Below are positions 50,728 through 61,495 of a stretch of DNA of 64,000 nucleotides, piece by piece. The notes beneath the pieces are model-generated. The model did not search any database. It had not been told where the DNA came from and was given only the letters and a program-made list of their open reading frames with translations. The stretch spans positions 256,001-320,000 of the forward strand of contig JBFWJS010000002.1 in the NCBI GenBank assembly GCA_050253075.1, in the 5' to 3' direction. This DNA comes from Deferribacterales bacterium. Its GTDB lineage: Bacteria; Chrysiogenota; Deferribacteres; Deferribacterales; Geovibrionaceae. The translations under genes were made by a program, and so were the position numbers. How positions within the stretch are numbered: the stretch's first letter is position 1; each line of letters begins with the position of its first letter.

Positions 50728-50755
50728 AGCTGACTCCTTATACAAATGTGATTAC

Positions 50756-51694
50756 TCACTTCTTTCTATCCATAAGGACGGCGATGAGTATCACCGCTCC
50801 TTTTGCGATCATCTGATAATATGAAGATACGTTCATGAGATTCAGGGCGTTGTTCAGTATGCCTATGATAAGCGCACCGGTGAATGTGCCGAATATAGTG
50901 CCCAGACCGCCTGCGAGGCTTGTGCCCCCGAGCACAACGGCAGCAATGGCGTCCAGCTCATACCCTGCGCCCGCCGTGGGCTGTGCGGATGAGAGCCTTG
51001 ACGTGAGTATTATCCCCGCTATGGCTGCGGTCAGACCGCTGATGGCATAGACGGCTATCTTCACCCTGCTGACACGCACACCTGAGAGTCTGGATGCCTC
51101 TTCGTTACCGCCTATGGCATACACATATCTGCCGAATCTGGTGTGCTTCAGCACATAATACGACACAGCAAACACCGCTATCATCAGCACCACAGGCACA
51201 GGTATGCCGAAAATGTATCCTGTGCCGAACCATGCATATATATCTGCCGCCTCTTCGTATCCTGTGGATATCGGCTTCCCGTCGGTGAAGACGAGTGTCG
51301 CACCACGAAGGAGCGTCATCCCCACAAGGGTTGCTATGAAAGGCTGCACCTTGCCTTTTGTAATGGCGACACCGGCGAGCATACCTAGTATCGTACCCAG
51401 TGAAAGGGTTGTAAAGAGCGACACGGCAACGCCGTAGTCATGGGCTATCATAAAAGCAGACACGGCACCACATATGGCGAGTATCGACCCGACAGAGAGG
51501 TCTATCCCGCCAGTGAGAATAACAAATGTCATACCCGCAGCGATAACGGCGTTTATGGACGTCTGCCTGAGCACATTCATAATGTTGTTAACTGTCAGGA
51601 ATCTGGGGCTGATCAGGGATACAATAACCGCCAGAATTATCAGCCCTAGCAATGGTCTGAATTTTATAAGCATTTCTTTAGCTGTCATTTTCAT
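50756..51694 (-). CDS. rbsC: Ribose ABC transporter permease
   Basis: GGIDLSVGS, QPFIATL, YELDAIAAVVLGG. Confidence 0.93.
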   Translation of the reverse strand: MKMTAKEMLIKFRPLLGLIILAVIVSLISPRFLTVNNIMNVLRQTSINAVIAAGMTFVILTGGIDLSVGSILAICGAVSAFMIAHDYGVAVSLFTTLSLGTILGMLAGVAITKGKVQPFIATLVGMTLLRGATLVFTDGKPISTGYEEAADIYAWFGTGYIFGIPVPVVLMIAVFAVSYYVLKHTRFGRYVYAIGGNEEASRLSGVRVSRVKIAVYAISGLTAAIAGIILTSRLSSAQPTAGAGYELDAIAAVVLGGTSLAGGLGTIFGTFTGALIIGILNNALNLMNVSSYYQMIAKGAVILIAVLMDRKK

Positions 51695-51704
51695 CCGAAC
51701 ACCC

Positions 51705-53216
51705 CTAGCCTGCTCTTTTCGTCAGGTTTTTCATAGCGAAAGCCATTATGCTCTCCTGTGTGGCTTCCTCTTTTGAGAGTTCGCCTGCGACCTCTCCCGA
51801 GCTTATCACCAGTATCCTGTCGCTCATACCAATCACTTCGGGCATTTCGGAGGATATCAGTATTATGGCGAGCCCTTTCTCTTTCAGCTCGTTTATCAGC
51901 TCGTATATCTCTTTCTTCGCACCGACATCCACACCTCTGGTCGGCTCGTCCAGTATGAGCACCTTCGGCTCTGTGACCAGCCCTTTGCCTATGGCGACCT
52001 TCTGCTGATTTCCTCCGCTGAGGTTCACTACCTTCTGCATAGGTCCAGTGGTCTTTATGGACATTTTTTCGATATACATCTTCGAGGCTTCTTCCTCTTC
52101 GCCTGTGGAAATAAATCGGAATATATTCTGAAAGGCTTTCAAAGCGGGGAGAGTTATATTTTCCTTAATGCTCATGCCAAGTATCAGCCCGAGCTGTTTT
52201 CTGTCTTCGGAAACGTAGGATATGCCGTTTTCTATGGCGGATGAAGGGTGATTTATGCGGAGCTCCTTTCCGTCGATGACTATGCGTCCTTTGGAGAGAG
52301 CCATATATCCATAGACAGATTTTGCTATCTCGCTTCTGCCTGAGCCCATCAGCCCTGCGATGCCGAGTATCTCGCCCTTACGAACGGAGAATGTTACGTC
52401 TTTTATCGCCTGATTGGTCAGCCCCTCTACCTCAAACACGACATCGCCGTGCGTCGCTGTCGATATGGGGAAACGCTCGTCGAGAGCACGCCCCACCATA
52501 AGCTGTATGATCTTCTCCTCGGTAAGCTCGCTCACGGGCTTCATATCCACAAATGTGCCGTCACGCAGAACAGTTGCCCTGTCGCAAATATCGAATACTT
52601 CGGAAAGTTTATGAGAAATATAGACGAGTCCTTTCCCCTGACTTTTAAGCTCACGGATCACCTTATACAGGTTCTCCGTTTCCACATCTGTCAGCGAGTC
52701 TGTGGGCTCGTCCATGATGATTATCTTTGCGTTCATGGAGATGGCTTTGGCTATCTCGACTATCTGCGCCTTTCCGACACTGAGTGAAGACACCTTTGTC
52801 AGCGGAGACATCTCCGATTCTCCCAGCATGGCGAGGTATTCGGCTGCCCTTGCATTCATCTCTTTATACTTTATCCTGCCGTATACTGTCACAGGCTCAC
52901 GCCCGATGAATATATTCTCCGCAACGGTCAGCTCCGGCACAAGGTTCAGCTCCTGATGGATTATCGCTATCCCCTTTTTCTGTGCGTCTTTAGGGTCTCT
53001 GAGGTTCAGCGGTTCGCCTTCTAAGAATATCTCTCCGCCGTCTTTGGTATATACACCGCTGAGGATCTTCATCAGGGTGGATTTACCCGCCCCGTTCTCG
53101 CCCAGCAGAGCCATAATCTCCCCCGCATAGATATTGAACGAGACATCACCGAGAGCCTTTACACCGGGGAATCCCTTCACAATGTTCTTCATCTCCAGCA
53201 TTGGCTTGGCACTCAT
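51705..53216 (-). CDS. rbsA: Ribose ABC transporter ATP-binding protein
   Basis: GENGAGKST, LSGGNQQKV, DEPTRGVDVGAK; start moved to ATG 53216. Confidence 0.93.
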   Translation of the reverse strand: MSAKPMLEMKNIVKGFPGVKALGDVSFNIYAGEIMALLGENGAGKSTLMKILSGVYTKDGGEIFLEGEPLNLRDPKDAQKKGIAIIHQELNLVPELTVAENIFIGREPVTVYGRIKYKEMNARAAEYLAMLGESEMSPLTKVSSLSVGKAQIVEIAKAISMNAKIIIMDEPTDSLTDVETENLYKVIRELKSQGKGLVYISHKLSEVFDICDRATVLRDGTFVDMKPVSELTEEKIIQLMVGRALDERFPISTATHGDVVFEVEGLTNQAIKDVTFSVRKGEILGIAGLMGSGRSEIAKSVYGYMALSKGRIVIDGKELRINHPSSAIENGISYVSEDRKQLGLILGMSIKENITLPALKAFQNIFRFISTGEEEEASKMYIEKMSIKTTGPMQKVVNLSGGNQQKVAIGKGLVTEPKVLILDEPTRGVDVGAKKEIYELINELKEKGLAIILISSEMPEVIGMSDRILVISSGEVAGELSKEEATQESIMAFAMKNLTKRAG

Positions 53217-53611
53217 CAGAACACCACTCCCGAATGCAGTATAACATTCGCATAAGGCGTGCATTCGCCTGTTCTTATCACAGCTTTGGCTTTCTTTGTG
53301 AGTTCTTTGAAATCCTCGTGGGACACATAGTGGTCTTCAGCCCCTTTGAGCTGTTTCTTGACGGCTTTTTCTATTGATGGATTATTAAAGTTTATCTCGT
53401 TTGCCAGAGTGTACTTCTCCACCTGAAGCTCCGAGACGACATTTTCCAAAACAGAGAGAAAGTCAGGCAGACCTTTACAAACGGCAAGATCAATTCGCTC
53501 CACACCGTCAGGTATGGGCAGTCCCGCATCGGCTATTACTATCATGTCCGTATGCCCCATCTCAGCGATAACAGCAGAGATACGGCTGTTTAAAAGTTTG
53601 CCTTTTTTCAT
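53216..53611 (-). CDS. rbsD: D-ribose pyranase
   Basis: [28 protein letters not shown]. Confidence 0.95.
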   Translation of the reverse strand: MKKGKLLNSRISAVIAEMGHTDMIVIADAGLPIPDGVERIDLAVCKGLPDFLSVLENVVSELQVEKYTLANEINFNNPSIEKAVKKQLKGAEDHYVSHEDFKELTKKAKAVIRTGECTPYANVILHSGVVF

Positions 53612-53659
53612 AGTCGACCCTCTCTATATATAAGAATACCAAAGTACACAAACATGGCA

Positions 53660-53696
53660 ACTAAAACTTTTAGCAAATTTTACTAAAAATTTTAGT
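53660..53696. promoter_or_regulatory. Tandem palindromes, candidate LacI-family operators
   Basis: CTAAAACTTTTAG (53661-53673) and ACTAAAAATTTTAGT (53682-53696) between divergent rbsD and the LacI gene. Confidence 0.6.
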
Positions 53697-53800
53697 TCAT
53701 CTCACAAAAACATGTTATAATGTGTAATAGAAGATATCCCGATGTTTATCTATTTAATGCTAAGTGCTAAACAAATATAGACAAAACCAAGCAGAAGACT

Positions 53801-54850
53801 ATGAGCAAAAACATAACAGTAACAGAGATAGCAAAATTAGCAGAAGTTTCACCCTCCACGGTCTCCCTCGTTTTAAACGGTAAGCAGGGGGTGGGGAGTG
53901 AAGTACGTGAAAAGGTTCTGAAAATAGCCCGTGAGCACAACTATAAAGGGATGACAAGCGGCGGACTCAGCAGAAAGAACAAGACCATCTTATTTGTAAA
54001 CATAGTAAAACACGGACAGATACTTAATAAAAACCATAAGGCGTTCGTCGCCGACTATATAAACGGCGCAGTGACCGAAGCAGAGGAGAACGGCTATGCA
54101 CTAGAGGTGACAGCCTTCGACAGCTTCGACCCTGTGACGCTCACAGAGCACATAAACGCATCATACGCATCAGGCGCACTGATACTGGGCACAGAGCTGG
54201 AGGAAGCAGACATACTGCACCTCGCCACAGTCAAGATACCCGTCGTTTTTATAGACGTGCTCTCCCCTCATCTCCCCTTCGACTTTGTAGACATGAACAA
54301 CGACTCGTCTGTCTTCAACATCATGTCATATATAAAAGAGATGGGACATACATCCACAGGAATAGTGACAGGCTCTCATATCACGAGCAATTTCGCCCAC
54401 AGGATGCGCAGCTACGAGCGGTCTCTCGAACTGCTCGGAATAGATTACGACAAAAATTTCGTCTTCACCGTTAATTCGAAATATGAAAAAGCATATGAAG
54501 ACATGAGCACAATACTGGATAAAAAGCCGAAGATGCCAACAGTGCTCTTCTGCGTAAACGACATAATAGCCCTCGGCTGTATGAAAGCACTGAAAGAACA
54601 CGGATACCGCATACCCGAGGATATATCAATAGCCGGCTTTGACAACCTTGCCATGAGCTCTATGGCAGAACCGCCGTTAAGCACTGTAAAAGTATCCAAG
54701 AGAAGGATAAGCATAGCCGCTGTCGATCTTCTGCTTAAGCGGATGAACAGCGGAGAACGCACCCCATATGAAAAAATAATGATAGGCGGTGAAGTGATGA
54801 AAAGAGAGAGCATAAGGGACATGAAAGCCCCTCAGAAGGAGGAATCATGA
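53801..54850 (+). CDS. LacI-family transcriptional regulator (RbsR-like role)
   Basis: TVTEIAKLAEVSPSTVSLVLN HTH; IPEDISIAGFDN. Confidence 0.92.
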   Translation: MSKNITVTEIAKLAEVSPSTVSLVLNGKQGVGSEVREKVLKIAREHNYKGMTSGGLSRKNKTILFVNIVKHGQILNKNHKAFVADYINGAVTEAEENGYALEVTAFDSFDPVTLTEHINASYASGALILGTELEEADILHLATVKIPVVFIDVLSPHLPFDFVDMNNDSSVFNIMSYIKEMGHTSTGIVTGSHITSNFAHRMRSYERSLELLGIDYDKNFVFTVNSKYEKAYEDMSTILDKKPKMPTVLFCVNDIIALGCMKALKEHGYRIPEDISIAGFDNLAMSSMAEPPLSTVKVSKRRISIAAVDLLLKRMNSGERTPYEKIMIGGEVMKRESIRDMKAPQKEES

Positions 54851-55755
54851 GCAGATTCTGCATAGCAGGAAGCATAAATATGGATCTGGTGACAAAGGTT
54901 TCACGCTTCCCGAAACCGGGCGAAACAATATCAGGGCTGGCATTTAACACCTTCACCGGCGGTAAAGGGGCTAATCAGGCGGTGGCTCTGGCAAAACTTG
55001 GTGCCGAAACATCCATGGTAGGCAGAACAGGAAGCGACATTTATGCCTCTCAGTATATGTCATATTTCAAAACGCTGAACATAGACACGGCAGGGATAGA
55101 GGCTGTGGATACATCCACAGGGATAGCAGCCATCAGCGTAGACGGTAAAGGCGAAAACTGCATCATATACGTCGAAGGCGCAAACGGCACTGTAGACCCA
55201 GCATACATCCGCTCGAAAGCTGAAATAATAGCAAAGGCAGACTATCTGCTCCTTCAGCTTGAGATACCTATGGATGCAGTATGTGAAGCGGCTAAGACAG
55301 CATCGGAAAACGGCAGGACGGTAATACTCGACCCTGCGCCGGCAAAGGCAGTGCCGAACGAACTGCTTAAACACACCACGATAATAACCCCGAACGAGAC
55401 CGAAGCAGAGATATTAACAGGGATAAAACCGAGCAGTGACGCCGACATCGAAAAGATAGGCAAAGCACTTGCAAATAAAGGCGTTTCCACCGTTATCATC
55501 AAAGCTGGAAGCCGTGGAGCATACATATATCAAAGCGGAAAAATAACCCATGTAGAAGGCTTTAAAGTAGACACGGCAGACACCACCGCAGCGGGCGATA
55601 CCTTCAACGCAGGGCTGGCATATGCCCTCGGCACAGGAAAGAAGATCAAGGATGCAGTCCTTTTTGCAAATGCGGCGGCAGCCATCTCCACCACAAGGGT
55701 CGGAGCACAGAGCGGAATGCCTTCACTAGGCGATGTGAAAGCCCTCCTCGGATGA
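54847..55755 (+). CDS. rbsK: Ribokinase
   Basis: GSINMDL, GGKGANQA, TPNETE, DTTAAGDTF. Confidence 0.95.
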   Translation: MSRFCIAGSINMDLVTKVSRFPKPGETISGLAFNTFTGGKGANQAVALAKLGAETSMVGRTGSDIYASQYMSYFKTLNIDTAGIEAVDTSTGIAAISVDGKGENCIIYVEGANGTVDPAYIRSKAEIIAKADYLLLQLEIPMDAVCEAAKTASENGRTVILDPAPAKAVPNELLKHTTIITPNETEAEILTGIKPSSDADIEKIGKALANKGVSTVIIKAGSRGAYIYQSGKITHVEGFKVDTADTTAAGDTFNAGLAYALGTGKKIKDAVLFANAAAAISTTRVGAQSGMPSLGDVKALLG

Positions 55756-56033
55756 TATGAAAACAGCTTCAACATATCGCTGAATAATAAATCACAGATA
55801 AATAACAATTGCATGTTCAAAGGCTTACACTCGTAAATCAATATAGAAGCGAATCATAATATCATTAGTAAAGAGGAGAATACTCAATTATTTTTCAACC
55901 TACAAAAAAGGTAAAATGTTGCCATTCTCCTTATTATCAATTCTTTAGCGTATTATCGGAAAATATAATAGCGTTGTAATTATTTGATAAAAAACATAGA
56001 TATAGCATTTTAGCAAAACATCAAATATCTTTT

Positions 56034-57062
56034 GTGCAAGAAATAGTTATGGTAGAAAAACTTACACTTTCAAAAGACATTCAGAATGCCAGGGAGCTGA
56101 TCGAGTCTCACGGTCTGACATATGATGAGAAGTTCGACACCCTTGCCGGTATATTCGAAGGTGAAAACCTCATCGCTACCGGTGCGCGCAAAAACGATAT
56201 ACTCAAAATGTTCGTAGTGACACAGAGCTTCTCAGGAGCGGATAACCTCGGTGAAATGTGTACATTCCTGCTGAATGACGCCGTCGCATCAGGCTTCAGC
56301 AATGTATTCTTATTTACTAAAACCGAATACGCACAGAGCTTTACCCAACTTAATTTCAAAACTCTGGCAACAGGCACAAAAGCTGTGCTGATGGAGTTCG
56401 GCAACGGCTTCTCTAAATACATCGAAAGCATCAAGCCTCTGGTACACACCGAAAATAACGGTGCAATAGTGATGAACTGCAACCCATTCACCAACGGTCA
56501 CAGATACCTCGTTGAACAGGCAGCATCAAAGGTAGAGACACTCATACTATTCGTAGTGAAAGAGGAACGCTCGCTCTTCACATTTGAAAGCAGGCTGGAG
56601 CTGGTGAAACAAGGGACGGCACACATAGATAACGTGGTGGTCACAGACACATCCAGCTATGCCGTTAGTGATGCGACATTTCCTTCATATTTCATCAAAA
56701 ACACGGATGAAAAAATTCAGGCACAGATAGAGCTCGACCTGAACATCTTTGCAAAAAAGATAGCACCTGAGCTGAACATCAGGAAACGATTCGTAGGCAC
56801 TGAGCCTTTCTGCGACACCACAGGCAGATACAACGACATGATGAAGGATATACTCCCCTTAAACGGAATAGAGTTAGTAGAGATCCCCCGTGTAAAGCAT
56901 AAGGGTGAAGAGGTCAGCGCATCAAAAGTGCGCAGGGCTCTGGCCGAGGAAAACTATGAGATAATAAGGGAGTGTGTGCCTGAGTCCACATACAGCTATC
57001 TGTGCTCAAAAGAATTTCAGGATAAAATTAAAGATATAAATATCAATGAAAGGAGACATTAA
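56034..57062 (+). CDS. citC: [Citrate (pro-3S)-lyase] ligase
   Basis: GAIVMNCNPFTNGH, ATFPSYF, RFVGTEP, VSASKVR; start may be ATG 56049. Confidence 0.93.
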   Translation: MQEIVMVEKLTLSKDIQNARELIESHGLTYDEKFDTLAGIFEGENLIATGARKNDILKMFVVTQSFSGADNLGEMCTFLLNDAVASGFSNVFLFTKTEYAQSFTQLNFKTLATGTKAVLMEFGNGFSKYIESIKPLVHTENNGAIVMNCNPFTNGHRYLVEQAASKVETLILFVVKEERSLFTFESRLELVKQGTAHIDNVVVTDTSSYAVSDATFPSYFIKNTDEKIQAQIELDLNIFAKKIAPELNIRKRFVGTEPFCDTTGRYNDMMKDILPLNGIELVEIPRVKHKGEEVSASKVRRALAEENYEIIRECVPESTYSYLCSKEFQDKIKDININERRH

Positions 57063-57325
57063 TGAACATCATTAAAAACGCTCAGGCAGGCACTATGCAG
57101 TCCAGCGACCTTATGGTTTTCGTAGAGCCGTCGGACAGCCTGATCATAGAGATAGAGTCTTCTGTTTTAAAGCAGTTCGGACATCTCATCCGTGAAAAGA
57201 CCGAACAGGTGCTCGCTAAGAACGAAGTAAAAAAAGGACTTATAAAGATAATAGACAGAGGTGCTCTGGACTATGCCATAGAGGCAAGGATAGAGACCGC
57301 AATACAGAGAAGCTGCGGAGAATAA
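57062..57325 (+). CDS. citD: Citrate lyase acyl carrier protein (gamma subunit)
   Basis: AGTMQSSD prosthetic-group Ser motif, KQFG, DRGALD. Confidence 0.92.
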   Translation: MNIIKNAQAGTMQSSDLMVFVEPSDSLIIEIESSVLKQFGHLIREKTEQVLAKNEVKKGLIKIIDRGALDYAIEARIETAIQRSCGE

Positions 57326-57327
57326 CA

Positions 57328-57807
57328 ATGCACAAGGAACTTTGGTATAAAGAATACGACCCGGCCAGACGCTTCATAGTGAAGATAACTCCGGGGAGCA
57401 ACATCGTCAGAAAGCTGAAGAAATTCGCCAAAACTGAAAATGTAAAGAACGCCGTAATACTCTCCGCCGTGGGCTCAGTAAAAAATGTAACCTTCCGAGG
57501 CGTAAAAACCGGGGCGAAGCTGCCCATAACAGAGCCGAGGATAATGATACACAATGTCGAAGGTCCGCTTGAGCTCTTAGGGCTGGAGGGGAATATTTTC
57601 CCCGATGAGAGCGGCGAACCGGATGCACACCTGCACATAATGATGGCGAAGTCTTCAGGCGAGGTGATAGGCGGGCACATGTATGACTGCGACGTCTTTG
57701 CATCGTGTGAGATACTCCTGCAAGAGCTCATCGTCACCGGTGTGGAGAGACACATCTCCGCCACAGGCGGCACATCCACAATATTTATCGAAGGTGAAGA
57801 GATATGA
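57328..57807 (+). CDS. PPC/DUF296 domain protein
   Basis: SAVGSV, ELLGLEGN, HLHI, VIGGH motifs. Confidence 0.85.
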   Translation: MHKELWYKEYDPARRFIVKITPGSNIVRKLKKFAKTENVKNAVILSAVGSVKNVTFRGVKTGAKLPITEPRIMIHNVEGPLELLGLEGNIFPDESGEPDAHLHIMMAKSSGEVIGGHMYDCDVFASCEILLQELIVTGVERHISATGGTSTIFIEGEEI

Positions 57808-58718
57808 GCAAGCTGCGCAGATCCATCCTTTACGTCCCCGGAAACATGCCGTCCATGCTGCAGAACATTCCCGTCTTCAAATCTGACGGTATATTCATAG
57901 ACCTCGAAGACGCAGTCCCCCTTTCGGAAAAGGACGCAGCCAGAAAGATAGTAAGAAAGTTCCTCGAAAACTATAAAAACCGCACAAGCGAAACATTCGT
58001 CCGCATCAACGGACTGGAGACAAAGTGGGGCTATGACGACCTGCGTGAAATACTCCCCGCAAAGCCCGACGGAGTGCGCCTGCCGAAAGCAGACACGCCC
58101 GAGATAGTCGAACGCCTCGACACATTCCTCACAGAGATGGAGGAGGAGCTAGGCTTCGAGATAGGACATTTTAAGATAATTCCATCCATAGAAAACGCAC
58201 TCGGCGTCATAAACTGCATCAAAACTGCACGTACGACAAAGCGTGTGATAGCCCTCGCATTCGGTGCAGAGGACTATACGGCGAGCCTTGAGGTTCAGCG
58301 TACGAAATCAGGCGAGGAGCTCTTCCACGCAAGGACAAGGGTCATCTGGGCAGCAAAAGCTGCGGGCATACAGGCGATAGACACCGTCTTCACCGATGTT
58401 GCCGATATGGACAGCTTCCGCCGTGAATGTGAGCTTATCAAGACACTCGGCTTTACAGGCAAATCCCTCGTAAACCCTCGCCAGATAGACGTTCTGCATG
58501 AAGTTTTCGCTCCGAAACGTGAGGAGATAGAATACGCCAACGACGTCATGGAAGCCATCATAGAAGCACGTAAGATGGGAACAGGCGTTATATCCCTGCG
58601 AGGAAAGATGATCGACGCACCTGTTGTAAAGCGTGCGTACACAGTTTTGAAAACAGCATACGCACAAGGGCTCATAGAGATCGAGCCTGATGAGGAGGTA
58701 ATCTATGGTGCGCAATAG
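57804..58718 (+). CDS. citE: Citrate lyase beta subunit (citryl-ACP lyase)
   Basis: RRSILYVPGN, DLEDAV, VRING, FGAEDY, GKSLVNPRQ, GKMIDAP. Confidence 0.92.
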   Translation: MSKLRRSILYVPGNMPSMLQNIPVFKSDGIFIDLEDAVPLSEKDAARKIVRKFLENYKNRTSETFVRINGLETKWGYDDLREILPAKPDGVRLPKADTPEIVERLDTFLTEMEEELGFEIGHFKIIPSIENALGVINCIKTARTTKRVIALAFGAEDYTASLEVQRTKSGEELFHARTRVIWAAKAAGIQAIDTVFTDVADMDSFRRECELIKTLGFTGKSLVNPRQIDVLHEVFAPKREEIEYANDVMEAIIEARKMGTGVISLRGKMIDAPVVKRAYTVLKTAYAQGLIEIEPDEEVIYGAQ

Positions 58719-60243
58719 CCTCGGCAGACTGCTCCCCGAAGAATACAACGGCAGAAAGGTGATCCCGTACAGCGACCCTTTCAGTGTGAAGCCAAGCGGT
58801 GAAACAGCCACCAGAGAGCTCCGCAGAGTGAACAGCACAGATAATAAGCTGCTCGGCTCCATCAGAGAAGCAATAGACGCCGTAGGGCTGAAAGACGGCA
58901 TGACGATAGCCACTCACCACCACCTGAGAAACGGCGATGCCGTGCTCGGCGCCGTGGTAAAGGCGATAGATGAAAAAGGACTTAAAAATATAAAGATAGC
59001 ATCCAGCTCGGTCCACCCCGTACACGCAGAGATCATCCCATACATCGAAAAGGGTGTAATAACAGCATTTGAGTGCGGTGTGAACGGACCGATAGGCGAA
59101 AAAGCATCCAGAGGCGAACTTAACTGTCCGATAATCGTGCGCAGTCACGGCGGACGTGCCAGAAGCCTCATGGAAGGAAGCGTTGTGGTAGACGCCGCCT
59201 TCATAGCTGCCCCTGCATGTGACGAATACGGCAATATGCTCGGATACAGCGGACAGTCCGCATGCGGTTCTCTCGGATACGCAAAGGTGGACGCATCCTA
59301 TGCGAAAAAGGTCGTAGCCGTCACAGACAACCTCGTCCCATTCCCTGCCGCACCTTATTCCATCCCTCAGTCTGAGGTGGACTACGTGGTAAAGGTAGAC
59401 TCGCTGGGCGACCCTTCGAAGATAGTATCCACCACCACAAGGATAACAACAGACCCCGTGGGGCTCCAGATAGCTAAATACGCGGCCAGCGTGATCGAAT
59501 CCTCAGGTCTGCTCAAAAACGGCTTCTCCTTCCAGACAGGCTCAGGGGGGATATCTCTCGCCGTTGCAGATAATGTGAAGAAGATGATGCTGGAGAAAGA
59601 GATAAAAGGGAGCTTCGGATGCGGAGGCATCACAGGATACTTCGTAGACATGCTCGAACAAGGGCTTTTCCAGACGCTCTTCGACGTGCAGTGTTTCGAC
59701 CTGAAAGCCGTGGAATCCATAGGCAGAAACAGAAACCACGTGGAAATAAGCGCAGACCTCTATGCCAATCCTTTCAACTGCGGAGCGATAGTGAACAAGC
59801 TCGACACCGTTATCCTCGGTGCAACAGAGATAGACACCAGCTTCAACGTGAATGTGAATACAGAGTCCAACGGACTGCTCCTGCACAACACAGGCGGACA
59901 CTCTGACACTGCCGCAGGTGCGAAACTCTCCATAATAGTCGCTCCGTCCATCAGAGGCAGGCTGCCCATCATCCGTGAGGAGCTGACAACCATAACCACC
60001 CCCGGTGAGACTGTTGACGTGGTCGTCACTGAGCTGGGCATAGCAGTAAACCCGAAAAACGAAGACCTGAAAAGGGAACTGATAAAGAACAAGCTCCCCG
60101 TGAAAGATATAAACCAGCTCCATGAAGAGATCATCGCCATTACAGGAAAGCCGAGACCCCTCGAATTCACCGATGAGATCATAGCTCTGATAGAGTACAG
60201 GGACGGAACGATAATAGATGCCGTTAGAAAAATTAAAGCGTGA
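58705..60243 (+). CDS. citF: Citrate lyase alpha subunit (citrate:acetyl-ACP transferase)
   Basis: GLKDGMTI.THHHLRNGD, RSHGGR, FQTGSGG, GGHSDTA, EYRDGTIID. Confidence 0.94.
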   Translation: MVRNSLGRLLPEEYNGRKVIPYSDPFSVKPSGETATRELRRVNSTDNKLLGSIREAIDAVGLKDGMTIATHHHLRNGDAVLGAVVKAIDEKGLKNIKIASSSVHPVHAEIIPYIEKGVITAFECGVNGPIGEKASRGELNCPIIVRSHGGRARSLMEGSVVVDAAFIAAPACDEYGNMLGYSGQSACGSLGYAKVDASYAKKVVAVTDNLVPFPAAPYSIPQSEVDYVVKVDSLGDPSKIVSTTTRITTDPVGLQIAKYAASVIESSGLLKNGFSFQTGSGGISLAVADNVKKMMLEKEIKGSFGCGGITGYFVDMLEQGLFQTLFDVQCFDLKAVESIGRNRNHVEISADLYANPFNCGAIVNKLDTVILGATEIDTSFNVNVNTESNGLLLHNTGGHSDTAAGAKLSIIVAPSIRGRLPIIREELTTITTPGETVDVVVTELGIAVNPKNEDLKRELIKNKLPVKDINQLHEEIIAITGKPRPLEFTDEIIALIEYRDGTIIDAVRKIKA

Positions 60244-60709
60244 GATACTGCAAAGCAGAGATGACCGACAGCAGGAGATAGACAGACTGGTACAGGGTGG
60301 TAAACCCCTTGTGTCCCTCTCCGCAAATATCCCGGGTGATGATAAAAAGCCCGCAGGATTCAACGATATCTTTGCGCATGTCTGTGGTTTGGTCAAGGAG
60401 AGCGCAGAGCTCGTATATACCTGCGACGATGCTCTCGGGCCGTTCGCCCTCTTCCTGTCTGAGACGCCTCAGACTGAGCTGAAGCGTGCCATGGTAACCA
60501 TAGAAAATGCCCATGCATGGGGCAGACTGATAGACATCGATGTTTATGACGATGCAGGACTGCCAATAAGCAGAGCCTCGCTCGGCTTTGAAGAAAGAGG
60601 ATGCCTGATATGCTCCGACACGGCGAAAAGCTGTATCAAAGCAGGCAGACACAGTATGAAAGACCTGATGAGGGCTGCAAATGATATTATCGACAGATAC
60701 CACTGCTGA
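60218..60709 (+). CDS. citX: Apo-citrate lyase phosphoribosyl-dephospho-CoA transferase
   Basis: NIPG, GRLIDIDV, ISR, CLIC...C. Confidence 0.88.
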   Translation: MPLEKLKREILQSRDDRQQEIDRLVQGGKPLVSLSANIPGDDKKPAGFNDIFAHVCGLVKESAELVYTCDDALGPFALFLSETPQTELKRAMVTIENAHAWGRLIDIDVYDDAGLPISRASLGFEERGCLICSDTAKSCIKAGRHSMKDLMRAANDIIDRYHC

Positions 60710-61475
60710 TATTAATAAGCTGACTAATAAACTAACAGAGGGGTCAAGGGTAGAGCTATATCTCACACCGAAGCCCGGACTGGTGGACATGCTGAATAAC
60801 GGCTCCCACACAGACCTTGATCTGCTGAAGATGACAAAATCCATACACATCATTGAAAGATATATGAACCGCATAGCCGACAGCCTCACAGACGGACAGC
60901 CTCTGGCTGATCAGGTGCGTCTGGGCAGAGAAGCCGAGGCAGAGATGTATGACAAACTCGGCACGAACACACATAGGGGATACATATTCCTCTCCGGTCT
61001 GATAGCCTCCGCCGCTTATCACAGCCCGAAAGACATCAGAGGGATGATAAAACTGCTGTCACTCGAACTTTTCGCAGATGTGCGGGACACAAACAGCAAC
61101 GGACAGAAAGTGCGTGAAAAGCACAACGAAGGCGGTATAGCCGAAGAGTGCCTGAAAGGTCTGCCGTCTATATTTGAAAATTCGCTCCCTGCATTTCGTA
61201 AAGCCTATGAAAAGACAGGCTGTTTCCGCACCGCATCTTTCTTTGCACTGGCTAATCTGATGCAGAATGTGACAGACACCACAGCCATACACAGATGCGG
61301 TCTCGAAGGGCTGGACATCATTAAAAAAGACGGTAAAATTCTGGAAGAGCTCATAAGGTCGGGACTGCCGTTCGATGACTTCCTTAAAAAGCGCAATGAG
61401 CAATACGTAAAGCTGAATCTGACGATGGGCGGTATAGCCGACATGCTCGGCATCACGGTAGCACTAGCCCTCTAA
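60681..61475 (+). CDS. citG: Triphosphoribosyl-dephospho-CoA synthase
   Basis: TPKPGLVD..NNGSHTD, NTHRG, DTTAIHR, GGIADML. Confidence 0.9.
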   Translation: MILSTDTTADINKLTNKLTEGSRVELYLTPKPGLVDMLNNGSHTDLDLLKMTKSIHIIERYMNRIADSLTDGQPLADQVRLGREAEAEMYDKLGTNTHRGYIFLSGLIASAAYHSPKDIRGMIKLLSLELFADVRDTNSNGQKVREKHNEGGIAEECLKGLPSIFENSLPAFRKAYEKTGCFRTASFFALANLMQNVTDTTAIHRCGLEGLDIIKKDGKILEELIRSGLPFDDFLKKRNEQYVKLNLTMGGIADMLGITVALAL

Positions 61476-61495
61476 TGAATACTGTCTACGAATCA

